Sequence record: MG655270.1
Direction: 5' to 3' (one strand)
Length of the DNA stretch: 64,000 nucleotides
The translations under genes were made by a program, and so were the position numbers. Of this stretch, positions 28,785 to 38,846 are shown piece by piece. Position 1 is the stretch's first letter. Each line of letters begins with the position of its first letter. The notes beneath the pieces were generated by a model. That model saw only the letters and a list, made by a program, of their open reading frames with translations. It did not search any database and was not told the DNA's origin.

Positions 28785-31277
28785 ATGCTGATTAAATTTA
28801 TTGAGCTATACAATTATCAGCGATTGAAGAACAAAGGTATCAATCGCATCACCATGACCTTCAGTGAAGTGGTGCAAGTTATTCTGGGTAAGAACGGCAG
28901 TGGTAAGTCATCGCTGATTCGCGAGCTCTCACCACTGCCACCTGCGAATGACGAGTATGATAAAGACGGTTACAAACATATCGTCATCGAACATAAAGGC
29001 GCAGAGTATGAGTTGTACTCCCAGCCTGGCTCGCCATCACGTCACACCTTTAAGCGTAATGGCGAAGACCTGAACGAAAGCATGACCATGAATGCGCAGA
29101 AGATCTTAGTGAAAGAACACTTTGGGTATACTGCCGAAATCCATGAAGTCTTGCTGGGGATGGTGAATGGGGTTTCCTTTACTTCCATGACGCCACAAAA
29201 ACGCCGTGAGTGGTTCACCTTACTCCACCCAACTGACCTGTCGTATGTCATTGAACTACATCAGGTGTTAAAGGTGATGTTGCGTGATGCCAAAGGCGGA
29301 ATCAAAACCAGTAACCAGCACTTGACAGACCTGTACGGTCAGCGTCAGGAAGGGGTGACAGTTGAAGCACAGCAAAGTCAACTGGATGATATCCAACACC
29401 GACGCGATCGCATTGCACGGTTTATCTCGGATGAGTTAGCCGGGAAGAACTTCAAGCAAGAGCTCGATAACGACATGTACCGGTTGAAAGATATCGGTGA
29501 GCGTTTCCAAGCCAACCCGCCATTACTGTCACGCAACTACCGGTCACGGGAAGATATCTTAACCGAGCTGGAGAACTGCCGGGCTGAACTGGGTAAGCTG
29601 GAGTATGCCCACAAGACCCACAGCAACGAACTGGCTGAGCTTTCAAAGAACGAGATCTTTACCAGCGGTGATGCTGAGAAAGACAAAGCGGAACTGGAAG
29701 CCTCTAAGCTTGCCATTGCTGAGCATCTTGAACAAAGCCGGGCGGCCCATGCGGATGCGATGAACCGTTTAGGGGATAACCCTTTATGGCAAAAAATGTA
29801 CAGTATGCCGTTTGAGCAGGTACGGGTGGTGTTATCGCAGGTGGAGAACCTGATCGATCACCTGTTGCGTATGGTGCCGATGGATGAGCGCAAGAACACC
29901 TTGATGTTCTATGACCGTGCCCGTCGCAGTCAGTATGACCTACAGGTGATGATTGAAGGGTTAGAGCAAGAAGACAAGAAGTACAGTCATCAGCTCTCCC
30001 ATTTCAATTCAGCCGATAAGACCGAGTGCCCGTCGTGTCACCATCGCTGGGTGCCGGGGGTATCTGAGCGGCAGATGGAAGAGGTCAAGCAGAAGCACAA
30101 TGCGGTGAACGTGGAACTCACCACAGCCCGGGAGCGACTGGGTCGGTGTAATGCCTACCTTGAAGCCAATGAGACCTGGTATCAGGCAGCCAGTGCGTAT
30201 ATCCGCTATACCGAAACCATGCCAGAGTGTCGGGATGTGTTTGAGTGGATGCTGGCGAATGATGTCCTCTATATGGCTAACCGGGAATTCGCGGCGATTC
30301 TGCCGACCATCAAGCACGGTATCTTAAGTCGTGAAGCGTTGGCGAATGATGAGCAGCGTCTGGTGCAGATTGACAATAAGCTGAAGCTCTTTACCAACGA
30401 TGCCATTGAGTGGCACACCCGCCGTTACAATGAGCATGAGACGGCCTTGAGTCAGGTAATCAGTCAGACCCAAGCAATCAATCACACCATGGCGGTGCTA
30501 AAGAAAGATCTGCGTCTGGTCGATGACAGTCTGATGATGGCAGAAGTCGCACGGGTCTCAATGGAAGGGGTGCGGGTCAATACCGGTAACCTGGCTAAGC
30601 AAGCGATTGCCAATACGGCCAATGACGAATACCGGATGTTGGGGGATCAGCACAAATCCATCACTGCAGGGCTCTATAACGCACGCTCACTGGAGTCAAC
30701 CATTCTCAGCACTGAATCCCATGTGCAGTCAATGAAAGCCTCTAAGGACGCGCTGGAGCTCTTGGTGAAGGCCACCTCACCAACCGAAGGCATTCCGGCT
30801 GAACAGTTGTCTGAGTTCATTGAAACCTTTGTCGGTAACATGAACGCGATCATCTCCGATATTTGGGGTGACAATCTGCAGATCAAACCGTGTAACATGG
30901 AAAACGGTGATCTCTCCTTTAAGTTCCCGTTAATCTCAGGTGACTTTGAAGGCGGAGCGAAAGATGTCTCTGACTCCTCAACTGGGGAAGCACAGATCAT
31001 CAACTACGTCTTCCGGTTAGTGGTGATGCAGTACCTGGGCTTTGAGCAGTATCCGTTGGTCATGGATGAAGCGGGCGCTAACTTCGATGAAGCACACCGT
31101 CCGGCATTAATGAACTACATCAAACGTGCCTCAGAGTCTGGGGTCTATTCGCAGATCTTTTTGATCTCTCACTATATCGCACAGCACGGTGTATTAACCC
31201 ATGCAGAAGTCTGCGCCTTGTCTAACGACGGTGTCGCACTGCCTGAGACATACAACGACCATGTTGTTATCGAGTAA
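28785..31277 (+). CDS. sbcC: SbcC/Rad50-like SMC ATPase
   Basis: Walker A GKNGSGKSS, coiled coils, CPSC zinc hook, signature SSTGE, Walker B LVMDE. Confidence 0.92.
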   Translation: MLIKFIELYNYQRLKNKGINRITMTFSEVVQVILGKNGSGKSSLIRELSPLPPANDEYDKDGYKHIVIEHKGAEYELYSQPGSPSRHTFKRNGEDLNESMTMNAQKILVKEHFGYTAEIHEVLLGMVNGVSFTSMTPQKRREWFTLLHPTDLSYVIELHQVLKVMLRDAKGGIKTSNQHLTDLYGQRQEGVTVEAQQSQLDDIQHRRDRIARFISDELAGKNFKQELDNDMYRLKDIGERFQANPPLLSRNYRSREDILTELENCRAELGKLEYAHKTHSNELAELSKNEIFTSGDAEKDKAELEASKLAIAEHLEQSRAAHADAMNRLGDNPLWQKMYSMPFEQVRVVLSQVENLIDHLLRMVPMDERKNTLMFYDRARRSQYDLQVMIEGLEQEDKKYSHQLSHFNSADKTECPSCHHRWVPGVSERQMEEVKQKHNAVNVELTTARERLGRCNAYLEANETWYQAASAYIRYTETMPECRDVFEWMLANDVLYMANREFAAILPTIKHGILSREALANDEQRLVQIDNKLKLFTNDAIEWHTRRYNEHETALSQVISQTQAINHTMAVLKKDLRLVDDSLMMAEVARVSMEGVRVNTGNLAKQAIANTANDEYRMLGDQHKSITAGLYNARSLESTILSTESHVQSMKASKDALELLVKATSPTEGIPAEQLSEFIETFVGNMNAIISDIWGDNLQIKPCNMENGDLSFKFPLISGDFEGGAKDVSDSSTGEAQIINYVFRLVVMQYLGFEQYPLVMDEAGANFDEAHRPALMNYIKRASESGVYSQIFLISHYIAQHGVLTHAEVCALSNDGVALPETYNDHVVIE

Positions 31278-31297
31278 CTAGGCTTAAGGAGTCTATT

Positions 31298-32698
31298 GTG
31301 TCGGCTATTCCTGCTAATCTGTATTACGGTCCTGAGGTTCCGGTCGACGCATTGCCTGGTGCAGTGTTTAACGACGGCACATGTTTGTATCGCGGAGGTG
31401 AACACGGTTGGTTGTATATGTGTCATCTCCACACTGTTTTAAACACTCTCGATTCACCTTTGGCGGCGTATGCTGCTGAACCGAACAACGGCACGATCGC
31501 TGAGCTTAATGAACCGTTCGCGGTTTACCATCAAGGTAACTGGTTGGAGTTGGACAAAGACGCTGCACCAGACTTGAATGCGACCGTGGTCTTCAAAGAT
31601 GAAGATGTGCGCGCAATCGCCGCCGACAGCAATAGAACCTGTTTAGTGTTTATGGACGGCAGCAACGACGCACAGGTGGCTTTCAAGGTAACACTGTACC
31701 TTTGCCATAAAGGCGAAGTGGTGGGGCTTGGTGACTACGACTACGTTAGCGCCGATAATCTACCGCTGCTGCAGAGAATGATGTTCGGTAACCGGGGAGG
31801 GGGTATGGTTGAATACATGGAACTAGACATCACATCACGGTTTATCGTGAACAAAGGGCATTTACCGGAAGTGGGCGATACCTGGATCGATAACGAGTTC
31901 AACGAATACGTGTACAGTCCGACACGGCTGTGGGATCGTATTGGTAAGCTTGCCTTTGTGTATAAAGGCAGTCTGGCTTCCGGTATCGATGCCTTGCGTC
32001 ACCCCGGGCCGCATAACACCGGCGACACGTACTTGGTTGACAATTTTGCGTATGTCTATAACAAAATCGTGAACCGCTTTGTGGTGTTGCAAGTTGATCC
32101 GGGTAACGATAACACACCGTTTGATCTCTATCCTGATGGTGCACTCGAACCCATTCCAATGCAGGGGATCTATCGCCGCAGTACTGACGCCTTGCCTAGT
32201 GAACCCAATGGCTGTGGGTATGTCGTGATTGAGCAAGATGGCAGTCATGTCATCTACAATCAGTACGGATTGCGTATTGACTGCGATGTGGTGGAAACCA
32301 CCGAGCGCACCGAGTCCCGCACACCGATGGTGGTGATCGGCGATAACGCGTTGCTGAGGCTTTATTACGAAGCCAACGACATGGACCCTTGTGAAGGGGA
32401 TGTCTGGGTAAATGATAAACAGCTCATGACCTTCTTTGCTGGCGAATGGACGTTATTGCCCGTGGGCCGCCTCTACACTGAACGACACCAACCGCTGCGT
32501 GATAAAGTTCAGGCATTGCGTGAACTGATTGACAGTGGTCGGTTCAAAAGTGTGATCGATAAAGCCCGAGAGCAGGAGTTTGAACGCGAGCTGGCCGAAT
32601 ACGACGCTGTCCTCAAACAACCCCAGCCAGAACAAGAACCCAAAGACACTTCTTTCTTTGCACCGATCAAAGCCTTCTTTAAGCGTTTGATACAGTAA
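31298..32698 (+). CDS. hypothetical protein with repeated GD(T/V)W/Y beta modules
   Basis: 466 aa; AAGGAG RBS plus GTG. Confidence 0.7.
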   Translation: MSAIPANLYYGPEVPVDALPGAVFNDGTCLYRGGEHGWLYMCHLHTVLNTLDSPLAAYAAEPNNGTIAELNEPFAVYHQGNWLELDKDAAPDLNATVVFKDEDVRAIAADSNRTCLVFMDGSNDAQVAFKVTLYLCHKGEVVGLGDYDYVSADNLPLLQRMMFGNRGGGMVEYMELDITSRFIVNKGHLPEVGDTWIDNEFNEYVYSPTRLWDRIGKLAFVYKGSLASGIDALRHPGPHNTGDTYLVDNFAYVYNKIVNRFVVLQVDPGNDNTPFDLYPDGALEPIPMQGIYRRSTDALPSEPNGCGYVVIEQDGSHVIYNQYGLRIDCDVVETTERTESRTPMVVIGDNALLRLYYEANDMDPCEGDVWVNDKQLMTFFAGEWTLLPVGRLYTERHQPLRDKVQALRELIDSGRFKSVIDKAREQEFERELAEYDAVLKQPQPEQEPKDTSFFAPIKAFFKRLIQ

Positions 32699-32720
32699 AG
32701 ATCGTAGATCATTTTATTCC

Positions 32721-32728
32721 TACATTAC
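32721..32728 (+). promoter_or_regulatory. candidate early (virion RNAP) promoter TACATTAC
   Basis: AT-rich upstream tract; resembles the phiKZ early consensus TATATTAC; recurs at 40021 and 58563. Confidence 0.55.
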
Positions 32729-32755
32729 CAGATTGGTATAGTCATCGAGGTCATC

Positions 32756-33100
32756 ATGTTAGTGATACTACCCCTCGGTAATTTGGCCGCACGGATTGAT
32801 CGTGCGCTCCAGGTTACTGATTACGTGTTCTCTGCTGAAGAGATTGCCGAAGCTGCGGTTCATTACATCAACGGAGATGTGGACTGTGCGCTGGATCAGC
32901 TCTTTCGCAAGATCAACGCTTTAGATGAGACCTTTGTTGACTTGCCGTATAACACCCCTTCTGACCAAGTACTGAAAAAAGTGATTGGTCAGGTAGGGCG
33001 TGAAATCAATACCAATCTATTTAACCTCTATCACGACGTCTGTATCCCGCACTTTGTAAGCGCAGGAGAACATCAAGTCGTGTTAACTGTCGATATGTAG
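32756..33100 (+). CDS. hypothetical protein, paralog of 33605
   Basis: ILPL...Y..S.E.......HY..GD pattern shared. Confidence 0.7.
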   Translation: MLVILPLGNLAARIDRALQVTDYVFSAEEIAEAAVHYINGDVDCALDQLFRKINALDETFVDLPYNTPSDQVLKKVIGQVGREINTNLFNLYHDVCIPHFVSAGEHQVVLTVDM

Positions 33101-33109
33101 GAGTTACTC

Positions 33110-33598
33110 ATGAGCAGTATTCATCGCGTCTTTTCCACGGACTTACAAACTATCAAAGACACTCCGACACCGGAGCTCGAAGATAGTGTTACTGTCGCCC
33201 GGAGGATTGCCATGCAGCAACAGCATCAAACGAGTTTCCTGATACTTTTCAAAGAGCGTGCACGTCAATGCACCGATGGCTTTGATAAGTGGCGGATGGA
33301 TAAAACCAACAACCCTCTGTTTGAACAGACGGCACGTCAGCGCTTAGCAGGCATCGCCATCAACATCTACCAGGAAGTCACCGGTGAGGTGGTCAGCAGT
33401 GACACCAGGCACCAGTTGATTAAATGGGCCGAAGACAACAAAGTGATCATCATCAACCATGTGGTCGGCATGCAGCTGTGGCACCGCATGGTAAACAACA
33501 CCCCGGCTGAAACCCAGCTGCAGGTGTTCAGTGGTGGTCGGCAAGCCCTGATGTTCTCTTTCAAAATCCCCGGGGCGAAGCATCCTTATCTTATATAA
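33110..33598 (+). CDS. hypothetical protein
   Basis: AGGAG RBS, operon packing. Confidence 0.7.
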   Translation: MSSIHRVFSTDLQTIKDTPTPELEDSVTVARRIAMQQQHQTSFLILFKERARQCTDGFDKWRMDKTNNPLFEQTARQRLAGIAINIYQEVTGEVVSSDTRHQLIKWAEDNKVIIINHVVGMQLWHRMVNNTPAETQLQVFSGGRQALMFSFKIPGAKHPYLI

Positions 33599-33604
33599 GG
33601 TGTC

Positions 33605-33937
33605 GTGATGAAGCTGCAATATCATGCTATCATCCCTATCCCCTCTATGCCGGTTATTTGTCAACAGTACGGTATTTCGCGTGAAGGGCTCGTGCGAATG
33701 GTATTGGAATACCTGGAGGGGAATGAGTATCAGATGATGAGACGCATCCAAGAACTGCCTGCTGTGACTGACCCTGACATGACTGAAGCGGTCGTAGCCG
33801 CCGTTTCACGTGCCATGTTGGAGTTCCTGGATTCGTTACCTGAGGTTAGTACAGGCCAACATATTCGGGATATCTATTTGATAGCAGCCCATTCATTAAC
33901 CGCCCATGTCGGATTCGCTGTGTGCGATGACGAGTAG
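33605..33937 (+). CDS. hypothetical protein, paralog of 32756
   Basis: IIPI...Y..S.E.......EY..GN. Confidence 0.7.
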   Translation: MMKLQYHAIIPIPSMPVICQQYGISREGLVRMVLEYLEGNEYQMMRRIQELPAVTDPDMTEAVVAAVSRAMLEFLDSLPEVSTGQHIRDIYLIAAHSLTAHVGFAVCDDE

Positions 33938-33943
33938 ATTCCC

Positions 33944-34354
33944 ATGACCCTTTATAAAGAACATGTGGTGTTGTGTATTGTCCAATCTGATGCAGCCACC
34001 GAAGCCTGGGCCGAGCTATCGCAGCTAGTTTTCGATAACCCGACTTTGATGTTTGATCAGGAAGACTTTACCCGCCTCCTTAATTTAGCGTTGGCCGATG
34101 ACCGGGATGAGATGATCAAATACATCCGCACCGCACTCACGATCGACCTAAATATTGAGCTCATTAATTGGCTCACAGACAGCATGCTTGACATCGCCTA
34201 TGCTCTTCGCAAATCGTTACCGGTGTTAACACCCACACAACCCGGAGTTGTGGCCAAGTGTGAGTACCTGTCCCATTGCAGGCGCAACGTCGTACTAAAA
34301 GCTACCATCCTCGAACCTTTACCTAAGGAGCATTTGACAGTTATTCACTTCTGA
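33944..34354 (+). CDS. hypothetical protein
   Basis: Operon packing. Confidence 0.65.
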   Translation: MTLYKEHVVLCIVQSDAATEAWAELSQLVFDNPTLMFDQEDFTRLLNLALADDRDEMIKYIRTALTIDLNIELINWLTDSMLDIAYALRKSLPVLTPTQPGVVAKCEYLSHCRRNVVLKATILEPLPKEHLTVIHF

Positions 34355-34428
34355 CTTTGGGAGAAGTGACCAAGGCCGTGGGGGTATAAGCCTCCACTTA
34401 AAGAACCACGACTTCGGTAAAAACCAAA

Positions 34429-35196
34429 ATGAAAACGATCAACGCGATCCTTCACACCCTCGTGCTGTTTGCACTTGTCTTCGTTGCACAATCCTCACTG
34501 GTCCACGCCTCGACATCAACTGGAAAAGCTGCCGTCCAGTTTAATCAAGCAGGGTGGGATAAATACAAATCCACATTAACCCGAGCCTCGTTAGCATCCG
34601 GTGTACCGGTCACTGAGCTCGTGATCTTTACCTCTATTGAGTCTGACTTCGAAGCCAAGGCCCGCAACACAGCCGGGAGCAATGCAGGCGGACTGACCCA
34701 ATTCATTCCAAGTACTTGGCGATCGATGGTGCGAACCCACCACAAAAAGTACGGGTTAAGTAAAAACGTGTCTCGTTTTAATGCCTATGCCAACGCGGCT
34801 ATGACCGCAGAGTATATTAAGCAGAACAGGAGCCTTCTACAACAGGCACTAAAACGGGAGATCACCACTACCGATGTCTATATGGCTCACTTCCTTGGTC
34901 CGGGTACTGCAATTCAAGTCCTGAAGGCCAAAGGTAACCGCTCGATCACATCTGTTGTAAAGGCGACAAAAGGAAATGCCCGCTTGTTTTACAACAAAGG
35001 TCGACCATTAACGGTTGCGCAGTTTAAAGCCAATATGGCCCGCAAAGTGGCTAACCACCGCCAGGTCTATAAACCCGTTGCCGTAAAGTACGCTGTACGC
35101 TACGAGGAAAACCAACGTCTCGATGCGCTTATCGCCAAAGTCAATGATAAGCCAGTACGCGTCGGGTTTAGCACCGCATACGTCAGGGAAATGTAA
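34429..35196 (+). CDS. lytic transglycosylase (phiKZ gp144-like catalytic domain) with N-terminal signal peptide
   Basis: IESDF catalytic Glu, GGLTQFIPSTW, YMAHFLGPG; hydrophobic N-terminus ending VHA-S. Confidence 0.88.
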   Translation: MKTINAILHTLVLFALVFVAQSSLVHASTSTGKAAVQFNQAGWDKYKSTLTRASLASGVPVTELVIFTSIESDFEAKARNTAGSNAGGLTQFIPSTWRSMVRTHHKKYGLSKNVSRFNAYANAAMTAEYIKQNRSLLQQALKREITTTDVYMAHFLGPGTAIQVLKAKGNRSITSVVKATKGNARLFYNKGRPLTVAQFKANMARKVANHRQVYKPVAVKYAVRYEENQRLDALIAKVNDKPVRVGFSTAYVREM

Positions 35197-35227
35197 AAGT
35201 TAACATACCTGCACGATAATATACATT

Positions 35228-35259
35228 GGGAGGGGCGCAGGTCTCTCCCTTTTATGCCG
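35228..35259 (+). terminator. hairpin plus TTATGCCG
   Basis: After the transglycosylase gene. Confidence 0.65.
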
Positions 35260-35291
35260 TTTGAATTTATTAACCCCCAAGGAGGTTGTGT

Positions 35292-35705
35292 ATGCCTGCA
35301 TTATTGCGTGCCGCCAATACCAGTTGTAACACCATTGGTCATGAGTATCACTCCCCGTTAAACGAACAGGTCATCATGATCAGCGATAACCAAATGAAAA
35401 TGTTAATAGCCCTGCCTGCGAGCAAACTGAATCTATTAACACGTAATCCGGTCTACGCTGACAATGGCATTGAATCTGTGTTCGTCCATCCCTTGTTTAT
35501 TGAGATAGCTGGCCTGATCCAGTTAAGTGCCTATGCCAAAGACCCCGCATGGCAGCAGCATGACCTCAGTAGCATGATGGTCTACCTCGGGATGGTCGGG
35601 CGTAACAATGTTCGTCTGGTTGAAGTAAATGCCCACCTGGCCAGTTGCGGTATGCTCACGTTGCGCCGTAGTGCCCTTGAGTTTGCCAAACCCGTTATGT
35701 CTTAA
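35292..35705 (+). CDS. hypothetical protein
   Basis: AAGGAGG RBS. Confidence 0.6.
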   Translation: MPALLRAANTSCNTIGHEYHSPLNEQVIMISDNQMKMLIALPASKLNLLTRNPVYADNGIESVFVHPLFIEIAGLIQLSAYAKDPAWQQHDLSSMMVYLGMVGRNNVRLVEVNAHLASCGMLTLRRSALEFAKPVMS

Positions 35706-35750
35706 TGGACAAACACTTACTATTATCTGTTAATTAATCTGGAGTGCCTT

Positions 35751-36197
35751 ATGATTCAACCTATTAACGTTCCCGGGATGGTGATCAACCCCGAAGTCTC
35801 CCGTGAAGTGATCTTAATGACCAGTGAACAGCTGGACCGTTTCTCGATTGCTGCCTTCGACATGCTGGCGTTGGGTAATACCGTATTCAGTGGTGAGTTC
35901 GGCAGTTATGTCACACCATCGCGTGACGAGTTCATGCAGGCTTACCTGCGTCCATTGCAAGCCCCTGACTCGGTAAGGCGCTACAATGAGATCGATCAAA
36001 CCCAAGTCGCCTGTCTGGTCGATTCAATTACCCGTAACGAAAAAGGTGATCTGATTGGGCGGGTGATCCCACATGGTCCGAATGGCCCGAAACTTGAGAA
36101 GCTGTTTAAAGAAAAGAAACAGAAGTTCAAAGTCTTTCCACGACTCAAGTGGGAAAATGGCTGGAAGTTCGTGGCGTTTGATGTGGGGTATAAGTAA
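35751..36197 (+). CDS. prohead-protease-fold protein lacking catalytic residues (tentative)
   Basis: GEFG...ID...V.C.V..I......G.V.PHGPNG..L pattern of T4 gp21 / phiKZ gp175-type proteases. Confidence 0.45.
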   Translation: MIQPINVPGMVINPEVSREVILMTSEQLDRFSIAAFDMLALGNTVFSGEFGSYVTPSRDEFMQAYLRPLQAPDSVRRYNEIDQTQVACLVDSITRNEKGDLIGRVIPHGPNGPKLEKLFKEKKQKFKVFPRLKWENGWKFVAFDVGYK

Positions 36198-36518
36198 ATG
36201 GTACGCGCCGATACAACCATCGCAACAAAAGGAAAGGTTGTGCGCTTGAGTGTCACCGGCTACGGGGTGATGAGCATGGATGGGGTTATGGTGGATGACC
36301 CTAAGCAGCGCGTGAACATGCGCACTGCGCACCCCAGCCAAAGTTGTTACCCACTACCGGGTGAAAAGAAATGGTACGAAGTTAAACGGGTAGAACAGAC
36401 AGCCAATGGTTGGTGTTATCCGGTGGTCGGGTTATTTAAGTATCCCGGTGACGCCACAAACTTTATTCAATCCCTTATTCAGAAATACAAACTCGATCAG
36501 GAAAAACCTCATGAGTGA
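36198..36518 (+). CDS. hypothetical protein
   Basis: Abuts upstream stop. Confidence 0.65.
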   Translation: MVRADTTIATKGKVVRLSVTGYGVMSMDGVMVDDPKQRVNMRTAHPSQSCYPLPGEKKWYEVKRVEQTANGWCYPVVGLFKYPGDATNFIQSLIQKYKLDQEKPHE

Positions 36519-36990
36519 AATTACCGTAAAAGTTGTTGGTCCAATTCAAGCGGGTAAAACTGCAATCGCCTCTTTATTGGACAATGCCCTGCGTGCGAAT
36601 GGCATCACAGCAAAGATCCAGTCTGACTCGGCGTTGTCTTATCTGCGTGAGGCTAAGAACCACGTCCCAACCAATGTCAGCGTCACGATCATTGACGGCA
36701 CCACTGACGGTGTACGTGAATTTGGTAACAGTGATGATGTCATTCCAATCCGCGGTCGCATCATGGGTATCGAAGTCCAACCGGTCAAATACACCCCCGC
36801 TGAAGCGACAGTGGTTGCACTGGCCGATGCTAACGCCTTTGCCGTGTATCGCCGTGAATGGCTGAATAATGCTTCGCTGGCGGTCTGGGTGGGTGACTTC
36901 CATGTTGAGAGCGATGCCATTGACTGCGCCAACACTCTGGCTGAGAAATACGGCACCGCCGCTGACTTCCTTTATAAGGCAGGTTTGTAA
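36511..36990 (+). CDS. hypothetical protein with N-terminal P-loop-like motif
   Basis: VKVVGPIQAGKT. Confidence 0.7.
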   Translation: MSEITVKVVGPIQAGKTAIASLLDNALRANGITAKIQSDSALSYLREAKNHVPTNVSVTIIDGTTDGVREFGNSDDVIPIRGRIMGIEVQPVKYTPAEATVVALADANAFAVYRREWLNNASLAVWVGDFHVESDAIDCANTLAEKYGTAADFLYKAGL

Positions 36991-36992
36991 CC

Positions 36993-37262
36993 ATGCATCA
37001 GTTTACTCCTGAGATGAAAGAAACGTTAAACGAACTCGAGCGTGAGTTAGCCCACATTCGTTTAACGCAACCGAACCGGATTAACACACTGATCAAAACC
37101 AAGTGTTTTAGCCTGGCCCGGAAAACAAAGTCACCGCACGTCAAACGGGTTCTGCAGTCAATTACTGCTACCCCGTTGTCGGTTGTAAAGTTAGAAGAAG
37201 TTCTGAAGCTTTACCATGAAGTGGATAGTGGTGAAGTGGAACTCTCTATCCAGCAGGTTTGA
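36993..37262 (+). CDS. hypothetical protein
   Basis: Operon packing. Confidence 0.65.
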   Translation: MHQFTPEMKETLNELERELAHIRLTQPNRINTLIKTKCFSLARKTKSPHVKRVLQSITATPLSVVKLEEVLKLYHEVDSGEVELSIQQV

Positions 37263-37735
37263 GGGGGGTGGAATGGCGTTGGCTTTCGATTCTTAACGAG
37301 TCGGACTTCAACGCAATGACCTTCCTCGCGGTGAAACAATACCACGCTCAGTCTATCTACTGGAAACGACTGGGTGTGGATTGGAACACCCCTAAGCCTG
37401 AGACTGTCCACAAGTTTATGGCGACCTATGTGAAGAATGCCCCGATCAAACTGATGATCCGTAACGCGGATGCGGTGATGATTGGGTTTGCACTACTCAG
37501 TACCGAACGCACGGATAAAGGACTTGTCTGTCACATCGACGAGGTGTTTATCGACGAACCCTATCGTAATAAGGGTATTGGTAAGAAAACGCTTATTAGG
37601 ATTAAACGGCACGCCGAAAAACAGAAGATCGCTGCATTGACCTTGAACGTCAGTGCTGCCAATCCCGTTCGCGCACTTTATGAACGTATGGGGTTTGAGC
37701 CAGTGCAGGTGAAATACCAGATGCGGCTGGGTTGA
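37259..37735 (+). CDS. GNAT-family acetyltransferase (start may be GTG 37268)
   Basis: VFIDEPYRNKGIGKK acetyl-CoA motif A; NPVRALYERMGF motif B. Confidence 0.88.
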   Translation: MRGVEWRWLSILNESDFNAMTFLAVKQYHAQSIYWKRLGVDWNTPKPETVHKFMATYVKNAPIKLMIRNADAVMIGFALLSTERTDKGLVCHIDEVFIDEPYRNKGIGKKTLIRIKRHAEKQKIAALTLNVSAANPVRALYERMGFEPVQVKYQMRLG

Positions 37736-37753
37736 CCTAGTGAGGAGTTTGTC

Positions 37754-38308
37754 GTGTCTATCTATCGCATTGAAATCCACCCGAACGCCACCAGTGGTCT
37801 TACGGTACTTGTCAGCACGGCTGAGGGTATCCGGCGGTTGGCATTAGTGGAAGGGTGTTCGGAACAGGGAGCGTTTGTAGTTATACGGGATAAGGTTATA
37901 CGGTTCTATCATTGGGATGTGCGACGGGAAGAAGACCGGGCGTTGTTCAATGCAGACGGTTTGGCACGGAACACACTGGTTGGGATCGAAGCCTTGTTGT
38001 GCAAGAACAAAGATTGGGGGTTTGGCGGGACGCGCTTCCTGGCGTTTATGACAGGGTGCTTAAAACACCGCTGGAACGAGTACAGCAACACGCGGGGGTT
38101 TATCCGAGCAGAACATCATCATTTGGTGCACACGCGCGTAGATCGCCGTGAGGAGCGTGTATTCGTGACATTAGGGGACTGGGCGCAACACGCACCGTGG
38201 AACTTACGCCTGGACCGTAAAACCCCCTATTCAACGAAATTCAGAGAGGTGGTTGAACGCCTCGTCCGTCAGGAGTTCGATTTACCGGCGGTCTTTGACA
38301 TTAATTAA
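37754..38308 (+). CDS. hypothetical protein
   Basis: GAGGAG RBS plus GTG. Confidence 0.7.
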   Translation: MSIYRIEIHPNATSGLTVLVSTAEGIRRLALVEGCSEQGAFVVIRDKVIRFYHWDVRREEDRALFNADGLARNTLVGIEALLCKNKDWGFGGTRFLAFMTGCLKHRWNEYSNTRGFIRAEHHHLVHTRVDRREERVFVTLGDWAQHAPWNLRLDRKTPYSTKFREVVERLVRQEFDLPAVFDIN

Positions 38309-38322
38309 CCTAAGGTGCTTTC

Positions 38323-38820
38323 ATGGACATTCAACAGTACCAACCCTCTGCACAGATCCTGCATCTCGCTAATCTGTTCTGCGACTACTTCAACCAATCG
38401 CCGAATTATTATAACTTGGATTTGGGTAACCGGATCTTTGTCGAGACCAGCATCTATCCCATTACTGGGGTCGCTGATATAACACCACAGCGGATCGAAC
38501 GCCTGCAAGCGTCGCACATGACAGGTCAGCTGGCCGCTGTGGTCGATGAGCTGTTAAAACTATTTCCTAACATGCGCTATGTATCAGATGAGTGTGATGG
38601 GTTGTTGTCTTTACTGTGTAACGGACGGGCAATTGAGATGACAACTGTCAAGGGTCTCTGTCGGGGCATTGTCACCTTACGGGGTCTGGTCTGGTTAGAT
38701 CGCTTTGATCACGACTACCTTAATCCTGATGCGGCGCATTATGAAGAGATGGCCAGGTTGATCAATATCCATCTGGGGATGATTAAATTCCAAGGCACCA
38801 TCCTAAAAAGATTTCTTTAA
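38323..38820 (+). CDS. hypothetical protein
   Basis: AAGGT RBS. Confidence 0.7.
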   Translation: MDIQQYQPSAQILHLANLFCDYFNQSPNYYNLDLGNRIFVETSIYPITGVADITPQRIERLQASHMTGQLAAVVDELLKLFPNMRYVSDECDGLLSLLCNGRAIEMTTVKGLCRGIVTLRGLVWLDRFDHDYLNPDAAHYEEMARLINIHLGMIKFQGTILKRFL

Positions 38821-38846
38821 CACAAGTATACGTAGCGAGGTCATGA

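Noticed and set aside
5653-35746. Identical 13-mer TTAATCTGGAGTG at 5653 and 35734
   Set aside because: Only two copies, and it overlaps the RBS; insufficient to call a regulatory motif.
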